NCBI GenBank assembly: GCA_934140575.1
Contig: CAKPBJ010000001.1
Span: 196,905 to 260,904, forward strand
DNA from: an uncultured Bacilli bacterium
GTDB lineage: Bacteria > Bacillota_I > Bacilli_A > RF39 > UBA660
Reading direction: 5' to 3'
Length of the DNA: 64,000 bases
Translations under genes and position numbers: made by a program
Shown: in pieces, positions 1 to 9,787 of the stretch
Layout of the letters: every line of letters starts with the position of its first letter
How positions within the stretch are numbered: position 1 is the first letter of the stretch
Notes under the pieces: model-generated
What the model saw: the letters and a program-made list of their open reading frames with translations, nothing else
Databases searched by the model: none
Told to the model about the DNA's origin: nothing

Positions 1-430
1 TCATGAATGCTTTATCTTGACCAACTACAGCTGCATAAACATTTGGTCCAACATATGGAATACCTATTGTTTGTAGATATCCTTGTAATACTCCATCTTC
101 TACATTTGTACCATGTACTATTGGGAATGCAATATCAATTTCTTTAACTATTGATTTAAATAAACCTTTTTTCTTTTGTAATACATAGCTACCATTTTTA
201 TAGTATAAAACTACATTACTACTATATTTTTTTATTAAATTGAAATCTTGGTATACTTCAATATCTCTTAACATTTCTCCTGTATACCATTCTCTATCTT
301 TAGTTATATATATAGGCACTATTTCATATTTTTCTTCATCAATTTTATTCATTGCTTGAATTGCAGAAATAATACTTACTTCATGTTCAACTGTTTCTCC
401 TCCAAAAATAACACCAACTTTAATTCTCAT
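1..430 (-). CDS. ddl: D-alanine--D-alanine ligase, N-terminal part (gene continues past the window start)
   Basis: Reverse translation from 430 gives MRIKVGVIFGGETVEHEVSIISA..., a typical Ddl N-terminus. The RBS AGGAGAG lies about 8 nt upstream of the start. The gene sits directly downstream of murF on the same strand. Confidence 0.85.
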   Translation of the reverse strand, partial: MRIKVGVIFGGETVEHEVSIISAIQAMNKIDEEKYEIVPIYITKDREWYTGEMLRDIEVYQDFNLIKKYSSNVVLYYKNGSYVLQKKKGLFKSIVKEIDIAFPIVHGTNVEDGVLQGYLQTIGIPYVGPNVYAAVVGQDKAFM

Positions 431-444
431 ATAAAATCACTCTC

Positions 445-2061
445 CTAATTCTCGTTATATGTATCTGGCAAATCATTTTCAAATAATGCATATACTTCTT
501 CATTCAAAGCTATGTTTCCTATAAAAGGATATGCATCTCTTACATCATTAAATACAATTATTTTGTCTTTGTCAAACCCACTTGTTAATAATCCTTCTTT
601 TATTGGCTTTGTTTGTCTTTCACCTACTAATATTGCTATATCGGCTACTTGAGCTATTTGTTCTCCAAATTTTTTATTATATTCATATTCTTTTTCTCCT
701 AATTCAATCATTCCCGGCGTTACTACTATTTTTTTACCAGGCATCATACCTAGTATTTTACAAGCATTTTCCGCTCCTATAGGATTTGAATTATAGGCAT
801 CATCTATCTGATAAAAGTTTCCTAGTTTTTTTAATTCTAATCTGTGCTCTACTGGTTTAACATTTTTTACAGCTAATACTAAATCATTAATTTCAATATC
901 AAATTCTCTGCCGCAAGCAATGGCAGCTAATATATTATAAACATTGTGATTTCCAAGTAATTTAGTTTCAAAATGATATTTGTTTGAGTCACCTTTGAAT
1001 ACTACATCAAAACTTGAACCTTTATTTGAATATTTAATATTAGTTGCTCGTACGTCAACATTTTCATTATCTATTCCTATCCAGATAGTTTTTACTTTAT
1101 TTTTTAATTTATAGTTTACTTGCTTTTCATCATCACCATTTAATACAGCAAATCCATCACTTGGAAGAGATTCAATAAGTTCAAATTTTCCTTTAATGAT
1201 ATTTTCTTCACTACCAAAACTTTCTAAGTGAGCTGTTCCAATTCTTGTTAATATTCCATATTTTGGTTTTATTAGTTTACAAAGTCCAGCAATTTCTCCT
1301 CTTACGTAAGCTCCCATTTCAGCTATAAATATATCTGTAAATTTATCCATATAGTTATTAACTGTCATGATTAAACCATTATATGTATTTAAATTTCTTG
1401 GTGTTGGTAATGCATTATATTTTATATTCAGGATATCACTTAAAATATTTTTACTACTAGTTTTACCATAACTTCCTGTTATACCAATTATTTTTAAATT
1501 TGGCATTTCTGATAATTTCTTTTGAGCCATATTTTTAAAGTGTAAATAAACACATTTTTCTATAGGTGTATTTATAATCATTGCTATGAATACTACGAAT
1601 GCATTCAAGTACAGTAAAATACTTTCTATTAGAAACATCTTCCAAACTAATTTTACATTATTTATGTCTAAAAATAGTATTATAAATGGAATTATATAAA
1701 TTATAGATGTTGTTACTATTAATCTTTTTATTCTGGCTGTTACTACTAATTTCTTTTTATTTTGATCATTTACTATTCTTTTATTCCAATTATATCCTAT
1801 TAATAATAAGAATAATGACATTAATATAAGACATAGTGATGCAATGAAACTTATATCAAATATTACATATATTCCTATTACTGAAATACATATTAATATT
1901 ATTTCTATTGAAAGAAATTGTTTTTTATTCTTTATTACCCATTTTATATAACGATTATTTTCATTATATAGGTTTTGTTGAAGCATATGTAATGCTCTTT
2001 TTGATTTGTTTATTATTGCATAAGCAAAAGTTAATATAAGAATTATGTATAAAACTATCAT
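445..2061 (-). CDS. murF: UDP-MurNAc-tripeptide--D-Ala-D-Ala ligase (MurF-like Mur ligase) with an N-terminal domain of about 190 aa containing about 5 TM helices
   Basis: The Mur ligase P-loop GITGSYGKTSSKN and the C-terminal DDAYNSNP motif are present. Residues 1-190 are strongly hydrophobic, with about 5 TM helices. Confidence 0.75.
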   Translation of the reverse strand: MIVLYIILILTFAYAIINKSKRALHMLQQNLYNENNRYIKWVIKNKKQFLSIEIILICISVIGIYVIFDISFIASLCLILMSLFLLLIGYNWNKRIVNDQNKKKLVVTARIKRLIVTTSIIYIIPFIILFLDINNVKLVWKMFLIESILLYLNAFVVFIAMIINTPIEKCVYLHFKNMAQKKLSEMPNLKIIGITGSYGKTSSKNILSDILNIKYNALPTPRNLNTYNGLIMTVNNYMDKFTDIFIAEMGAYVRGEIAGLCKLIKPKYGILTRIGTAHLESFGSEENIIKGKFELIESLPSDGFAVLNGDDEKQVNYKLKNKVKTIWIGIDNENVDVRATNIKYSNKGSSFDVVFKGDSNKYHFETKLLGNHNVYNILAAIACGREFDIEINDLVLAVKNVKPVEHRLELKKLGNFYQIDDAYNSNPIGAENACKILGMMPGKKIVVTPGMIELGEKEYEYNKKFGEQIAQVADIAILVGERQTKPIKEGLLTSGFDKDKIIVFNDVRDAYPFIGNIALNEEVYALFENDLPDTYNEN

Positions 2062-2073
2062 TATTTTCTCCTC

Positions 2074-2793
2074 CTAAAAAAAGTTATTAAGTATTGCGAC
2101 TACTCTAGGTAAATTTTCTAAATATGCATAATGTGTTCCTGGTAAAACTATTAGAGCTGCATCTATCATTATCTTTTCAAGTTGTTTTGCATCGTTTAGT
2201 GGTGCTTCTGTATCTTGTTCTCCCCAAATAAGTAGAGTTGGTTCTTCAATTTCACGAGCGTATTTTGATAAATCTTCATTTACAACATTTACAAGTGTTT
2301 GTCTCATTATTGGACTTGCAGCTTTATAATCTCTTGAGCCTATGAAGTTTTTCATATATTCACCTATTTCGTTTAATCCTGGAAGCTGCTTTAATTTTTT
2401 TAATATTTTAACACCAAGAGATAATTCTTCTTGAATTCTAATGCATGGGCTTCCAAATAGAACTAACTTTTTAATTGGATTTCTAGCACTATATCTAATC
2501 GCTACTCTTCCTCCAAATGAATGACCTATTACAATTGGTTTTTTTACATTTAATTTTTTTAGAAATTCTTCTAACATTAATTCATAATCTTCTATTGTCC
2601 ATGGGCTTTTTGGCTCTTCACTTTCTCCAAATCCTGGAAAATCAAGAATTGTAATTCTAAATCTATCTTGAAAATTATCTCCAATTGGACGCATCATTTC
2701 AATGTTTTGTCCCCAACCGTGAAGTAATACAATATCTTGTCCTTCACCATATTGTATGTAATTTATATTTAAATTTTTAACATTTATTTTCAC
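2074..2793 (-). CDS. alpha/beta-fold hydrolase
   Basis: The HGWG oxyanion motif and the GHSFGG nucleophile elbow are present. The protein is 239 aa. Confidence 0.7.
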   Translation of the reverse strand: MKINVKNLNINYIQYGEGQDIVLLHGWGQNIEMMRPIGDNFQDRFRITILDFPGFGESEEPKSPWTIEDYELMLEEFLKKLNVKKPIVIGHSFGGRVAIRYSARNPIKKLVLFGSPCIRIQEELSLGVKILKKLKQLPGLNEIGEYMKNFIGSRDYKAASPIMRQTLVNVVNEDLSKYAREIEEPTLLIWGEQDTEAPLNDAKQLEKIMIDAALIVLPGTHYAYLENLPRVVAILNNFF

Positions 2794-2898
2794 TCACATC
2801 ACTCCAGTTTTATTATAGCATAATTGATTTATAATATGAACAAATTAGATTGTTATTAAAAAGATGTATTTTTTATTTTTTATATTTTTTTGTAAAAT

Positions 2899-2937
2899 AA
2901 TGTAAAAAAGGAAACTAAAACTAGATGTTTTGTCTCC
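2899..2937. terminator. bidirectional rho-independent terminator
   Basis: An imperfect hairpin ggaaactaaaac/gttttgtctcc is flanked by an A-run and a T-run. It lies immediately 3' of the minus gene 2940..3731. Confidence 0.5.
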
Positions 2938-2939
2938 TT

Positions 2940-3731
2940 TTATTTTTCTTTTTCTATTGAATAAAATGTATAGTTGCCGTCACTTGCTTGTTTAAATGTA
3001 TATTTATAAGTATTTAATTTTGAGGAGTATTTTGATATTACTTCTTTTTTGTTTAAAATACCGTTTCTTAGTGGTATTGTTGCTACTTGAGTTTTTTTAT
3101 CACTTGATGTAAATATTGCAGCTTCTGTTATATCTGTTCCTGAAGCATTATTTAGATATTCTACATAAAATACTTTTCTTTTTACTATAATACTATCTTC
3201 TGTTAGTGATGTTGACTGATTTATTTCCATAAATGTTGGTGAATAGACTTCTCTCACTGTTGGAGCAATATATGTATATTTGTCAGTTACAGCATCATAT
3301 AAAATATTATAGTATTGTCCTGCATTTAAGTTATCTGCTTTATAAGTTAGATTTTTTCCGAATATAGTTTCAAAATCATTTTTTACATCTCCGCCTACTA
3401 ATAATTGTGGGGTATTTGTTCCTAATAAATTATCATAGAGTGCTGCAAATAATGCTGCTCCTTGATCAAACTTTGATGCTAATAATCTATCTTTATATAT
3501 ATATCCAAAATATGTTGAATTTTTATCATTAAATGCTTTATCAAATTTTTCTAATGCATCCCCTACTAGGTAAAATGAATTTAAGTCAATATCTACATTA
3601 TCAATTGTTGTTATTGTCTTTTCTTCTTTTTCTGTTTTATAGAACTTATCATAATATATAAAGCCACCTAATCCTAAAATAATAAATACCAAAATTACTA
3701 TTGTAATTATAAACTTCTTATTCTCTTCCAT
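2940..3731 (-). CDS. membrane-anchored hypothetical protein (one N-terminal TM, Tyr/Asn-rich ectodomain)
   Basis: The ORF is 263 aa with an N-terminal hydrophobic helix (residues 9-27). No recognisable catalytic motif was found. Confidence 0.45.
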   Translation of the reverse strand: MEENKKFIITIVILVFIILGLGGFIYYDKFYKTEKEEKTITTIDNVDIDLNSFYLVGDALEKFDKAFNDKNSTYFGYIYKDRLLASKFDQGAALFAALYDNLLGTNTPQLLVGGDVKNDFETIFGKNLTYKADNLNAGQYYNILYDAVTDKYTYIAPTVREVYSPTFMEINQSTSLTEDSIIVKRKVFYVEYLNNASGTDITEAAIFTSSDKKTQVATIPLRNGILNKKEVISKYSSKLNTYKYTFKQASDGNYTFYSIEKEK

Positions 3732-4025
3732 TAATTATCTCTCCTATTATTCTTTATTAAACTAATTATAGAAAAGATATGATAATTATTCAAGATTTTT
3801 TTGTTTTGATTAACAGTTAATACATTTGTTAGTTTATATTTTTACAATATTTAAAAACTCACGAACAATTAAGCCCGTAAGTTGATTTCAAATGAAGTGG
3901 TAAATAAAGATATTTGAAACTCCTAAAGATAGTTAATAAACAACTAATTACAAGATATTTATAACATTTTTTTATAAAAAGTATCAAAAAAAGAAAAATA
4001 ATGTATAATTATATATGAAAGTAAG

Positions 4026-4742
4026 GTGTACTTAATGGAAAATATAATTACTATAGAAAATGAAAATTTAGCAAATTACATAATGTTTAAATTAGATAAA
4101 ATTGATAATGGTTTTACTGAACAAGAACTAAATAGAATAGCCGATGTAGTTATTGATTATAACAATGAAACTGATAGTAGTTTTGTATTTTTAGAAGAAC
4201 TATCTAAACTTAAAAATTTAAAAACTATTACTTTAAGAAATGGATATATATTTAATGACAATTATAATATCTTTCTAAAATTAAATCATTTATCTGAATT
4301 TGTATTTGAAAATTGCGAATTTGAAAACGCTAATTTAATTACATCACTTAAACTTAAATCATTATCTTTAATAAATTGTAAAATAGAAAGCTATTCATTT
4401 ATAAATATATTTGAAAATTTAAAAGAATTATCAATAATAAATGGAATAGTAGAAATAGAAAAATTAAACATGTTAAATTGTCTAAAGTATTTACAAATTT
4501 CTTATTCAAATATAATAGATAAAACTGAATTAAATATTAATACATTAGAAGAATTATATATTGATAATACTAATATTAATAGTTTTAGTTTTCTAAATAA
4601 TTTATTACATTTAAAAAGAATAAGCATAGATGAAAAACAATATATTAACAACAAATATTTATTCGATAATTTAATAAAAAGAAATATTTTAGTTTTAAAT
4701 GAAAATATGGTTGAGTTTGGTGGTGAAAACAATGAAATGTGA
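4026..4742 (+). CDS. leucine-rich-repeat (LRR) protein
   Basis: It contains repeated LxxLxLxxN/C units of about 22 aa (NLKTITL, LKSLSLINCKI, LKELSIINGI, LKYLQISYSNI, LEELYIDNTNI). Its stop codon overlaps the start of the next gene in the sequence ATGAAATGTGA. Confidence 0.6.
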   Translation: MYLMENIITIENENLANYIMFKLDKIDNGFTEQELNRIADVVIDYNNETDSSFVFLEELSKLKNLKTITLRNGYIFNDNYNIFLKLNHLSEFVFENCEFENANLITSLKLKSLSLINCKIESYSFINIFENLKELSIINGIVEIEKLNMLNCLKYLQISYSNIIDKTELNINTLEELYIDNTNINSFSFLNNLLHLKRISIDEKQYINNKYLFDNLIKRNILVLNENMVEFGGENNEM

Positions 4743-6882
4743 TTATCAATATAAGATTACATTTAAACTAAATGAACCATTTGGTATTAATTATATAAAA
4801 AATATATGTAATCAATATCCAAATTCTAAAATACTAGTTGAAGTTAAAAATACTAAAGGAATAACTTCTTCTATGATGAGACAATTAGGTTCCAATATTG
4901 CAATAAGAATTGCTGGCGGATACGATGAAGAAAGAATTGCTAGATATGGAAAAGATTTGCATTGGTCATCTAATTATTATAATGAAGCAGTCATTTATAC
5001 TAAAAATCAGGCAATTAAAATATTAGAAGAAATAGAAAAAATCGAATCTGGTTTAAATAAAAATTGGTCTGATATTCAAAAATTGATCTATATATATGAT
5101 AAATTAAAAAGAGAAATAATGTATGATCCAAAATTTGAACGTAAACTTTCAAGTGAAATTAGAAGTTTAAGAGGTTTGATTACTAAACAAACTGTTTGTG
5201 CTGGTTATGCAATGATATTAAAAGAATTTATGGACAGAAATGATATAAATTGTGAGTATGTTGAAGGACACACTGAAATTGATAGTAATGGTCAAAGAAC
5301 TGGTGGTCATGCTTGGAATATTGTAACTATTGATGGAAAAAAATATCCTATTGATTTAACATGGGATAATACAACATTTAGATCTGGTAAATCAAGTAGT
5401 TTTGATTGGCTTTGTCAGGATATTTCAACATTTAGCAAAAACCATCATCCTGCACCAGGTGAAAAAACACAAAATTATGAACAAACTTTATCTCAAATTA
5501 ATCCACAATTAGTAAAGCAAATATACTCGCAAATTGGTGGAGGAAGAGCAAGAGATTTTCGTTCAACAACATACTATGGAACTCGAAAAGATGGTTCAAT
5601 ATATATAGTTGTCCAAATAGGAGATAATACATTTAATAATACAAATTATTACAGATATTATTATGTTGATATATCAAAAGATGGAAAAAAGCAACTACCA
5701 TTAATACTTTATAGTGATACAAATATTGCACAGTTAGTTGATTGTAAAAATTTTGGAAAATATATTCCACTTAATTACGAAGAAACAGTTGATAACATTT
5801 TATTTTCAAAAGAAAATATTGCCGACTCAATTGCTAAAAAAACATATTATATAGGTAAAGTAGTTAGAAAAAGTAATGTTGGTAATAAACTTGAGTTAGT
5901 AACTTCTCCTCAAGAAATAGATAAACCCGAAGAAAAAAGAAATTTATTTGTATATCCAACAAAAAGATTTATTAGAAGTGATGGAAGTGTATTTATAGCT
6001 CAACAAATGTTTGAAACTCCACAGAAAGTAAACGGTATTGATGTTATGACCTTTCACATATTTGAAATGGTAAATGAAAATGGCATAGAGGTATTAAAGG
6101 GAAATGTAGTATTTACAGAAAGAAACTTTTTTAAAGATAACAGACAAAGTATGATTGATGATTATTTAAGTCGTAAAAGACTTGATAGAAAAGTTGGAGA
6201 AGCTGGAGGATATATAGGATATTATGATGCAAATGGTATAAGAACTTGTAATCCAGATTTATTTAAATTCTTTGAAACTTCAAAAAAAGTTGATATTGAA
6301 TCATTAAATAGGAAAAGGCAACAGGAAAAAAATCCAGTAATTAAAATACCATCATTTGCAGAGTTAAAAGATTTATCATCAAAATATAAAATGTTTATTG
6401 AACCAAAAGATTCTTATGATTCAGATATATCAAAAATTAAAATTAGAGATATTAGAACTGGGAAAATTCAAACTGATAAATCTATTATAGATAGAGCAAT
6501 ATTTGCTAATATTTGGCTTATTTCTGCAGGTGTAAAATATTATCAAGGTGAATCAAGACCAGGAGAATATTATGCTTTTAATAAACAAGCTGAAAAATTA
6601 TATAATACGATATGTAAACAATTGTTAGATTCATGTAAAAGTAAAGGTGTTATTGATACAATAGATTTGTTAAGAAATATTGAAAACAGTAATAGTTATA
6701 AATATAATAGAGAAATAATTGTTAATTTATTTAGAACTTCATATCAAACAGAAATAATTAATAAACTTTTTTTACAATCTTTAGGTATAAATCAACAAGT
6801 ACAGCCACCAGAACCTTTATACACAATGAGTTATGCTGCTAAGCTTGCCTACGGAAATAATAGTAATACAAAAGGAAGATGA
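4732..6882 (+). CDS. transglutaminase-like cysteine peptidase superfamily protein, large
   Basis: A Cys-His-Asp arrangement is present: CAGYAMILKEF ... GGHAWNIVTIDGKKYPIDLTWDN. A GGTGG RBS lies 9 nt before the ATG at 4732. The alternative ATG at 4699 has no RBS. Confidence 0.6.
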   Translation: MKCDYQYKITFKLNEPFGINYIKNICNQYPNSKILVEVKNTKGITSSMMRQLGSNIAIRIAGGYDEERIARYGKDLHWSSNYYNEAVIYTKNQAIKILEEIEKIESGLNKNWSDIQKLIYIYDKLKREIMYDPKFERKLSSEIRSLRGLITKQTVCAGYAMILKEFMDRNDINCEYVEGHTEIDSNGQRTGGHAWNIVTIDGKKYPIDLTWDNTTFRSGKSSSFDWLCQDISTFSKNHHPAPGEKTQNYEQTLSQINPQLVKQIYSQIGGGRARDFRSTTYYGTRKDGSIYIVVQIGDNTFNNTNYYRYYYVDISKDGKKQLPLILYSDTNIAQLVDCKNFGKYIPLNYEETVDNILFSKENIADSIAKKTYYIGKVVRKSNVGNKLELVTSPQEIDKPEEKRNLFVYPTKRFIRSDGSVFIAQQMFETPQKVNGIDVMTFHIFEMVNENGIEVLKGNVVFTERNFFKDNRQSMIDDYLSRKRLDRKVGEAGGYIGYYDANGIRTCNPDLFKFFETSKKVDIESLNRKRQQEKNPVIKIPSFAELKDLSSKYKMFIEPKDSYDSDISKIKIRDIRTGKIQTDKSIIDRAIFANIWLISAGVKYYQGESRPGEYYAFNKQAEKLYNTICKQLLDSCKSKGVIDTIDLLRNIENSNSYKYNREIIVNLFRTSYQTEIINKLFLQSLGINQQVQPPEPLYTMSYAAKLAYGNNSNTKGR

Positions 6883-6912
6883 CCTATATTTCAAAGTCAT
6901 CTTTTTTATTTT
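6877..6912 (+). terminator. rho-independent terminator
   Basis: The hairpin gaagatgac-N11-gtcatctt is followed by a T-run (ttttttatttttt). Confidence 0.7.
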
Positions 6913-8187
6913 TTAATTCTAATTCTCCTATAGCATTATTATCTAGAACATTATCTTTATACATTTCATTAACTACATCAGTATATTTATCATCTTTATC
7001 AAACCAATTATGAATCTTTCCGTGAATAAATGTATTATCTTATTAAACTTATCTTGCCAATATTCTAATGTGTCTTTTAAATCATTGATTTTTTATTTTA
7101 AGAAAGATATTTCTTCATCTTTATCTTTAATTAAATTATTTAATTTATTAATTCTTAAATTTAAAGACTCATTATTTTCCTCAAGAGTTTTAATTTTATC
7201 ATTTTTGTCTTTTATCTGATTATCTACGTTTGTTAAAGTAGTAGATAGAGTTTGTATTTTATCATATTCTTTATTAGTATTTTCAACATTATTGATAAAG
7301 TCGATAAATGATTCTTTATCTTCTTTTGATAATATATAATTAGCTTTATTTAATTTAGATACTTTTAATGTTTCAATTATATCTTTTATATCTCTAGAAT
7401 TTTGTTTTAATTCCAAAAATTTTTATTGGCATTTTCAAGTGTTTCAATATTTTTTTCTAATTGTTTTTTCATTTCGATATAGTTATCCATATTAGATACA
7501 TGACCATCTCTATTTCTACCTTTTTGTTTCTTCTTTAATGAAGTGTTTAGATTATATTCCTCATAAATTCTTCAATACATGGAGTTCTCATATTGCCTTG
7601 TAATTTTATTAAGATCCTTTAGTAAATACATCAGATTTATCAACTTGTTTAGACTACCATTTTTATTTTTTTCTTTAATAGGTACTCCAACTATATGAAG
7701 ATGTGAACTAGTTTCATCGTAATGGATTATGGCTGATGCTACTTTAAAGTCTGGAATTAATAATTCTAGATCATCAAATTGTTTGGTATAAATACTTAGT
7801 CATTTTTTTAAATTTTTCATCTTTAGTGTCCCAACATTCTTTATCTCCAAGTTCAATAATAATTTCACAAGCAAGGTCTTTCTTTTCGTTGTTAGATACA
7901 TTATCAAAATAATTGTCTAGCATACTAGAATGTTTACAATTGTATTCAAGTCTTGCTTCTTCAAATTCGTTTAAATATAATTGTTTAATATCTTCTAATG
8001 GAGAAGAAGTACCTCTAACTATTTCTATTAGTTCTTGTTCATTATCATCTTTTCTATAATTGTGTTTACCTACTTTAGATAATTGTCTAGCATTTTGAAT
8101 ATCATTGTTACTTAAAGAAGTATTACCACTTATATTTTTTCTATTTTTATCACTGCCAAGATGTAGTGAATAAGCAAATTCATCCAT
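6905..8187 (-). pseudogene. MobV-family (Pre/MobM-like) mobilisation relaxase, disrupted by several frameshifts and stops
   Basis: The N-terminal ORF 7774..8187 contains the HNYRK motif (MobV motif I, HN-R). The segment ...ASAIIHYDETSSHLHIVGVPI (motif III, H-DE--PH-H---VP) follows in another frame after a stop. This matches pMV158 MobM, which reads CDEWIITSDKDFF...ASVHLDESTPHMHMGVVPF. Coiled-coil C-terminal pieces (7093..7416 and 6911..7090) lie in other frames. Confidence 0.7.
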
Positions 8188-8293
8188 ATATAATCACCAC
8201 CCTTTCTTTTTTTGGATGGATGATTTATAAAAAAAATCATTCTTTCGAATGATTCATATATGTAAGTCCGGATTTTCCGAACAGATTCCTCAA

Positions 8294-8368
8294 TGGAGCG
8301 AACGAGGGGAATCGAACCCCCATCACAGCCTTGGCAAGGCCGTATTCTAACCATTGAACCACGTTCGC
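8294..8368 (-). tRNA. tRNA-Gly (anticodon GCC)
   Basis: The reverse complement reads gcgaacgtggttcaatggttagaatacggccttgccaaggctgtgatgggggttcgattcccctcgttcgctcca. It has the anticodon loop cttGCCaa, a T-loop GGTTCGATTCC and an encoded CCA. Confidence 0.85.
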
Positions 8369-8376
8369 ATATAAAT

Positions 8377-8450
8377 TGGAGGGGCCTACCGGATTTGAAC
8401 CGGTGATCAGGGTGTTGCAGACCCACGCCTTACCACTTGGCTAAAGCCCC
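8377..8450 (-). tRNA. tRNA-Cys (anticodon GCA)
   Basis: The reverse complement reads ggggctttagccaagtggtaaggcgtgggtctgcaacaccctgatcaccggttcaaatccggtaggcccctcca. It has the anticodon loop ctGCAac, the U73 discriminator typical of Cys, and a CCA end. Confidence 0.85.
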
Positions 8451-8529
8451 GTTGCAATTAGTATTATATCATATACACTTTTTATATTGCAACTAATTTA
8501 TATATTTTATGTAAAAAAATTAGTGAAGA

Positions 8530-9744
8530 TTACCCTTTCTTCCAATAATTATATATATTTTCATAATTATATTTTAATTCATTACTTTCAACTATTTTCA
8601 TTAAGCCTTCTGAGTCACTATATTTATAGAGTATTCCATCTGATATTAAAATAATGTTTCCATCTATTACTTGCCAGATATCTATATTAGATAATTCAAA
8701 TAAATATTTACTATTATACTTTTTTCCTTTTATTTGACTATAAAATTTATTATCTTTTTTATAATAATAGTAATTTATATCTTCTTTTATATCTAGAGAT
8801 TCTATTTTATTACTCTCTACTTTATAATTTGTAAAATATTGATTATCTTGAAAGAATGATGTTTTATCTAAAATTATTTCCTTGTTATTTCTATATAAAT
8901 AGTATTCATTATTTATACTTATCTCCTCTACTTTTTCTTTTTTTACATTTATTTTATATTGTTTTTTTTCTTTAGTATCTGTTACATAGATATCATTATT
9001 ATATACACCATTAATATATGATGTTTTTGATATTTTTTCTTGTGGCTTGAATTCTTTTAATTTATATTTGTCTAAATCATAATAATATATTTTTTCTATT
9101 CCATTAACTGACCTATTATCAAATATTACATAATACTTATTTACTATTGTTGCCATTACATTGTCGTAGATATCATTTGAAAGAATTGATTTATATTGAT
9201 AATTATTGTTTTTTACTATGTAAATTCCTCTATAATCCCAGATTGTATATACTTCATCATCATTTATATTATCTTTGTAGATACTTAGCTTTTTATATTT
9301 AGTTGTTTTATTTGTTTTATTTATAGTTGGAAAATTATATTTTTTTGCTTTTTTTAATATATTTTTATATTCTTTATTATTTTGTAGAGAGTAATTTGAT
9401 ACTTGTTCTTTTTTATTTAAACAGTAAATATTATTTTCTATTTTTTTATTTTTGTAAATTGGAATTATACAATTAATATCTTTACTTTTATATGTCTTTA
9501 TGTCTTTTATTATTTGTTTTTGTTTGTTTATATTTTTATTTAATATGTATGTATATACTTTATCTTTATTAGTTATTTTTATAGTATATTGATGTTTTTT
9601 ATTAATTATTTTAAAGTTTTCCGTTATTTTATATTTGAATATTTTATATTCTACTTTATGATTTGTCTTTATAATGTGTTTTATAAACATTATTATTAGT
9701 ATAAATAGAATTATTACTATTAGTTGTTTAACTCTTTTTTTCAT
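8530..9744 (-). CDS. hypothetical membrane-anchored Lys/Tyr/Asn-rich protein
   Basis: The ORF is 404 aa with an N-terminal TM segment (IVIILFILIIMFI). The rest of the sequence is low-complexity. Confidence 0.45.
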   Translation of the reverse strand: MKKRVKQLIVIILFILIIMFIKHIIKTNHKVEYKIFKYKITENFKIINKKHQYTIKITNKDKVYTYILNKNINKQKQIIKDIKTYKSKDINCIIPIYKNKKIENNIYCLNKKEQVSNYSLQNNKEYKNILKKAKKYNFPTINKTNKTTKYKKLSIYKDNINDDEVYTIWDYRGIYIVKNNNYQYKSILSNDIYDNVMATIVNKYYVIFDNRSVNGIEKIYYYDLDKYKLKEFKPQEKISKTSYINGVYNNDIYVTDTKEKKQYKINVKKEKVEEISINNEYYLYRNNKEIILDKTSFFQDNQYFTNYKVESNKIESLDIKEDINYYYYKKDNKFYSQIKGKKYNSKYLFELSNIDIWQVIDGNIILISDGILYKYSDSEGLMKIVESNELKYNYENIYNYWKKG

Positions 9745-9787
9745 TTTACCACCTTGTATAAATTATAAAGCAAAAAAAGACTAATTT

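Noticed and set aside
582-782. Small same-region ORFs on the opposite strand of annotated genes (e.g. 582..782, 9888..10097, 11310..11729, 13381..13842, 23287..23877, 30982..31791, 43337..44516)
   Set aside because: They are embedded antisense within well-supported genes (murF, ABC-F, clpB, dnaE etc.). Their Leu/Phe/Ile-rich composition is typical of AT-rich antisense frames.
4699-4731. Earlier ATG at 4699 as the start of the transglutaminase-like gene
   Set aside because: It has no RBS. The ATG at 4732 has a GGTGG RBS and forms a neat stop/start overlap with the LRR gene.
8130-8426. 98-aa ORF on the minus strand
   Set aside because: It lies directly over tRNA-Gly and tRNA-Cys and is a spurious read-through of the tRNA sequences.
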